Shown in pieces: positions 48,861 through 52,275 of a stretch of DNA of 52,275 nucleotides. Origin of the DNA: Candidatus Sungbacteria bacterium RIFCSPLOWO2_01_FULL_47_32 (GTDB lineage Bacteria; Patescibacteriota; Minisyncoccia; Sungbacterales; GWA2-42-14); assembly GCA_001820685.1 (NCBI GenBank), contig MHQP01000022.1, positions 1 to 52,275 on the forward strand. The letters run 5' to 3'. The notes beneath the pieces were generated by a model that made no database searches, was not told the origin of the DNA, and saw only the letters and a list, made by a program, of their open reading frames with translations. Each line of letters begins with the position of its first letter. Within the stretch, counting starts at the first letter, position 1. The position numbers and the translations under genes are program-made.

Positions 48861-50576
48861 TTATTTTTTTACTGCTTCAACAATATTCAGCTCTATTTTT
48901 GTAGTTCCCCTCCATGTATTCTCCTGAAGCTCCGCGAGAATATCAACCGTATCCCCTGTTTTGAAACCGTTGTGGGAACCGCGGAAATAAATCGCGCCGA
49001 GACCCTCATCCCCCAATTTTAGCTTAACGTGAGTTTGGTCTGCTCCCACGTGCTTCACTTCTTTTAGTTTGACTCCGCGCAGTGAAAAAAGAGGCTTCGG
49101 ATTCTCCTGCCCGAAAGGTTCAAAGCTTTTGGTAAGGGCATAGAGTTCGCTCGTTACATCCTTTAAAGCTATTTCGGCATCGGCCTGAATGGGCTCGCTG
49201 TCCGGTGGCGCGAATTGTTCAAGAGAAGCCTGTAACTTTGCTTTAAGCCGCTCAACATTTTCAAGCTTCATTGAAAACCCTCCTGACACCGCGTGCCCTC
49301 CGAAATCGTCGAAACAGTCTTCAGCCCCCCGCATGAGTTCAACAACATTAAAACCTTTCCCCGCGCGGCAGGACCCTTTCACGATATCCGGCAGAATTCC
49401 GTATAAAAATACCGGACATCCGTATTTTTCGAGGATCCTATTTGCGGCAATCCCCAAAACCCCGGCTGGCCACTCGGGCGAACCTTCAAAAATAATAATG
49501 GGGGGTTCTTTTCCCGCAAGCCTTACTTCCAGCGTTTTTAATATCTTTTCTACAAGCGTTCTCCGCTCCTGATTTTTTTCTTCAAGGCGACGCGCAAGCC
49601 AGTCGGCTTTTTCGTCCTCGTCGGTAAGCATAAGTTCAAAAGCGGTATTGGCGTGATCCATCCTGCTTGCGGCATTAATCCGGGGAGCTATATAAAATCC
49701 TATGGTCTCCGCGGTTATCTCCTGCGGATGGATGGCTTTTTCCCCAAGGAGAGCTTTGAGCCCGGGGCGTCGCATTTTTTTTATGACTTCTACGCCGTAT
49801 TTTACAAGCACTCTATTTTCTCCCGTCAGCGGAACCATGTCGGCAACGGTCGCGATGGCAACGGCGTCTAAAAACCACTTTTCCCATCCCTCAACAAGAC
49901 CGAACCGTTCCTTTTTTAGAACCGCCTGAACAAGCTTGAAAGCAAGGCCCGTTCCGCAAAGCACTTTTTCCGGGTATGTATCGTCCTCTTGCTTATGATC
50001 AATGATAGCATATGCATTCGGCCATTTTGGAGGAACGATGTGATGGTCGAGAATAATAACATCCATTCCGAAAGAATTTGCTTTTTCGACTTCGTCATAA
50101 TCCGTAACACCGCAATCAATTGTAATGAGAACGCGCGCGCCAAGCTCTTTGAACTCGTCAATGCGCTCAAGCGTTAGCCCGTAGGACTCCGTAAAACGGT
50201 CGGGAATGAAAACTTCATGCTCTCCTCCGGCTTTTTTCAGAAACTCCGCCATGATAACCGCTCCATCTACGCCGTCCGCGTCATAGTCGGCAAAAACGAT
50301 TATCTTTTCTTTGTTCTGTATTGCGCGCACAACGCGCGTTGCCGCCTTCTCCATACCCTTGAATAAAAAAGGGTCGTGCACGCCGGTTGTGTAATCGGGA
50401 TTGAAAAATTTTTCTATTTTTTCTTTTGTGTTGATCCCGCGCGCCCAAAGAAGCTGCGCAATGAAAGGAGCATGCTCTGGAGAAAAACCGGCTCCCGAAA
50501 CAACGCTTAAAAAATCCTCGGGCGGAGGAGATTTTACGGTCCAGTCGGATTTATTGACAATTGTTGCCATTAGCAT
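48861..50576 (-). CDS. recJ: Single-stranded-DNA-specific exonuclease RecJ
   Basis: DHH-family motifs (FADYDADGVDG, DHH in VIILDHHIVP), a DHHA1 domain and a C-terminal OB fold; 571 aa. Confidence 0.9.
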   Translation of the reverse strand: MLMATIVNKSDWTVKSPPPEDFLSVVSGAGFSPEHAPFIAQLLWARGINTKEKIEKFFNPDYTTGVHDPFLFKGMEKAATRVVRAIQNKEKIIVFADYDADGVDGAVIMAEFLKKAGGEHEVFIPDRFTESYGLTLERIDEFKELGARVLITIDCGVTDYDEVEKANSFGMDVIILDHHIVPPKWPNAYAIIDHKQEDDTYPEKVLCGTGLAFKLVQAVLKKERFGLVEGWEKWFLDAVAIATVADMVPLTGENRVLVKYGVEVIKKMRRPGLKALLGEKAIHPQEITAETIGFYIAPRINAASRMDHANTAFELMLTDEDEKADWLARRLEEKNQERRTLVEKILKTLEVRLAGKEPPIIIFEGSPEWPAGVLGIAANRILEKYGCPVFLYGILPDIVKGSCRAGKGFNVVELMRGAEDCFDDFGGHAVSGGFSMKLENVERLKAKLQASLEQFAPPDSEPIQADAEIALKDVTSELYALTKSFEPFGQENPKPLFSLRGVKLKEVKHVGADQTHVKLKLGDEGLGAIYFRGSHNGFKTGDTVDILAELQENTWRGTTKIELNIVEAVKK

Positions 50577-50596
50577 TATAATAGATATGCAAAAGA

Positions 50597-50842
50597 ATGC
50601 AGTGCCTAAAAACTAAGGAGACGCCTCGCGTGGGCAGTAAACGGCTTGCGACTCAAAAGGAAATACGCCGGCTTATCGTTCTGGTCACGATTGTAGGAGT
50701 ACTCTTTGAGGGTATCACGGGCTATTTTGCACATTCGGTTGAGCGTTACGCCCTTGCCCTCCTTTTCGGGGTATGCGGCCTCATCGCGTTCCTTGGAAGT
50801 ACTACGCTCATTGAGGAAACAGGGAAAGAAATCAAAGAGTAA
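50597..50842 (+). CDS. Hypothetical small membrane protein with two TM helices
   Basis: AAGGAG at about 50604..50609 is followed by a GTG at about 50621 (VGSKRLATQKEIRRLIVLVTIVGVLFEG...). Two hydrophobic helices. A terminator follows directly. Confidence 0.4.
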   Translation: MQCLKTKETPRVGSKRLATQKEIRRLIVLVTIVGVLFEGITGYFAHSVERYALALLFGVCGLIAFLGSTTLIEETGKEIKE

Positions 50843-50847
50843 CGAGG

Positions 50848-50872
50848 GCGCACAGGGCTGCGCTTTTTTCTT
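50848..50872 (+). terminator. Rho-independent terminator (GCGCAC-AGGG-CTGCGC plus a T6 run)
   Basis: A GC-rich hairpin followed by TTTTTTC, directly after the 50597..50842 ORF. Confidence 0.6.
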
Positions 50873-50926
50873 TTGTTTGAGACAGCGTTTTTAGCGCTTC
50901 GCGGCTTTATATAGTGAAGGCCTTTT

Positions 50927-52108
50927 TTATTTTTTCATAACAACCTCAATGCCGGGCATTCTGTCTCCGGCCAAAAACTCAAGCATCGCTCCCCCTCCCG
51001 TTGAAACATGGTCAAAACTCGAAAGAAGATTATAGCTTTTCAGAATAGCAATGGTATCTCCCCCGCCGATGATGCGAAACGCCTTCACGCGGCCGATTGC
51101 CCGCGCGAGCGCAAGCGTTCCATGCGAAAATTGTTTTACTTCGGCGTACCCCACAGGCCCGTTCCAGATGATAGTTTTCGCTTTTTTAAGAATGTTTATA
51201 AACAGCTTCTCCGTTTCGGGACCGATATCGAGAATATATTCATCATCTCCGATGGAGCCCACGGCGCGTATAGACACTTTCACGTTTTTTCCGAGGTCAA
51301 ATTTTTTTGAAACGACGCCGTCAACCGGAATATGAAGTTTTGCGGACGTAAGTATCTTCGGACCGAGTTTCTTCGGTTCAACCTTCTCAAACACCGATTT
51401 CCCGACGCTGATGCCTTCCAATACAAGAAGAGAGTTCGCAAGCGCTCCTCCAACAAGAACCTGATCAGAGCTCGAAAGAAACGTTCTGATGAGCTCATAT
51501 TTCGTCGATATCTTCGCTCCACCAATGATGGAAGCAACCGGGCGCTTGGGATTTTTAATAGCGCGCTCAAGAAAACGCACTTCGCGCACAAGCAAGAACC
51601 CCGCGTATGCAGGAAGAAATTTCGCAATACCCGCGATCGAAGCATGCTCGCGATGGGAATCTCCGAAGGCATCATTCACGACAATGCGTCCAAAGCAGGA
51701 AAGTTTTCGCGCGAATGCAAGATTATTTCTTTCCTCCTCTTTCCAGAAGCGAATGTTTTCCACCATGGCGATCTCTCCGGCCTTAAGCTGTTGGATAGCG
51801 CATATTCCCGCAAGATCAAAGGGGTTTTTTACAAAGATAACGCGGTTTGAGGAATGAAGCAGTTTTTTGAAACGGAAGAAAACAGGACGCAGGCTTAAGT
51901 TCGGGTCGCGGCTCGTAGGACGACCGAGGTGCGAAATGATAACTATCCGCGCGCCCTTTTTGAGAAGAAAACGCACGGTTTCAAGGCTCCCTTGTATTCT
52001 GAAGTCATCCGTAATGGCCGTTCCTTTCATCGGCACGTTAAAATCAACCCTTAAAAGAACGGACATTCCTTTTTGTATGTGGGCTTCACGAACCGAGCGA
52101 AGACGCAT
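50927..52108 (-). CDS. pgk: Phosphoglycerate kinase
   Basis: VLLRVDFNVP, an N-terminal substrate-binding basic patch and a C-terminal nucleotide-binding domain. I chose the ATG at 52108. The ORF-track start at 52123 is TTG. Confidence 0.9.
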   Translation of the reverse strand: MRLRSVREAHIQKGMSVLLRVDFNVPMKGTAITDDFRIQGSLETVRFLLKKGARIVIISHLGRPTSRDPNLSLRPVFFRFKKLLHSSNRVIFVKNPFDLAGICAIQQLKAGEIAMVENIRFWKEEERNNLAFARKLSCFGRIVVNDAFGDSHREHASIAGIAKFLPAYAGFLLVREVRFLERAIKNPKRPVASIIGGAKISTKYELIRTFLSSSDQVLVGGALANSLLVLEGISVGKSVFEKVEPKKLGPKILTSAKLHIPVDGVVSKKFDLGKNVKVSIRAVGSIGDDEYILDIGPETEKLFINILKKAKTIIWNGPVGYAEVKQFSHGTLALARAIGRVKAFRIIGGGDTIAILKSYNLLSSFDHVSTGGGAMLEFLAGDRMPGIEVVMKK

Positions 52109-52275
52109 GGTAATCATGAGCAAATTAAGGTTATCTTTATGCCTGGGCCTGCCATAAAAACTTTTAGAGGCTCAAACTTGCATCCGACACATAAAGACGG
52201 CTAAAAAAGGCATAATCTCATTGTAATTCATTTTTATATACAATAGAAGATGCTTCGACGAAAGAATGCCTGTCG

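Overview
This 52.3-kb window looks like a compact, gene-dense stretch of a small bacterial genome, about 90% coding. My guess is a Patescibacteria/CPR-like organism, based on minimal housekeeping genes, a hinge-less SMC, a shortened ThrRS, a very large Gly/Ser/Thr-rich surface protein, and several Shine-Dalgarno-less or near-leaderless genes. This placement is inference only. Most genes are on the minus strand. There are no rRNA or tRNA genes, no CRISPR array and no intact insertion sequence. Standard stop codons, including TGA, terminate conserved genes, so I assume translation table 11.

Content from left to right:
- A partial giant secreted repeat protein (1..2037).
- An F-type ATP synthase operon with epsilon, beta, gamma, alpha, delta and b but no a or c subunit genes. 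It is headed instead by a 580-aa HTH-plus-membrane protein (7401..9143).
- smc, ftsH, a GT-C glycosyltransferase, an FtsQ-like protein and an SPFH/flotillin-like protein.
- metK preceded by a SAM-I (S-box) riboswitch with terminator.
- nth, a small hypothetical protein, a SAM-dependent methyltransferase and a peptidoglycan-binding secreted protein.
- rnc, nusB, rpmF and rnhB.
- A trypsin-like protease fused to a HEXXHXXGXXH (metzincin-type) domain.
- dnaE, thrS, miaA, ftsB, gdh, lepA, murJ and a Wzy_C/TPR membrane protein.
- A roughly 695-nt RNase P RNA with its own promoter and terminator.
- A NUDIX hydrolase, cca, rnhA, recJ and pgk.

The most interesting non-obvious signals are these:
- Three roughly 105-132-bp intergenic elements share terminal inverted repeats (consensus CCCGTTAGARG...) and are flanked by short direct repeats, which is MITE-like.
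- The RNase P RNA is unusually long and heavily expanded.
- The HTH-membrane gene sits where atpB/atpE would normally be, with paired 23-bp operator-like repeats upstream.
- The serine-protease/metallo-protease fusion.
- A consensus-promoter-driven small transcript (36248..36480) contains an A8 tract that splits an otherwise perfect 36-aa transmembrane peptide.
- An unannotated 54-aa CxxC...CxxC ORF (48618..48782).

Several ORF-track entries are wrong-frame or antisense artefacts and are listed under rejected items.
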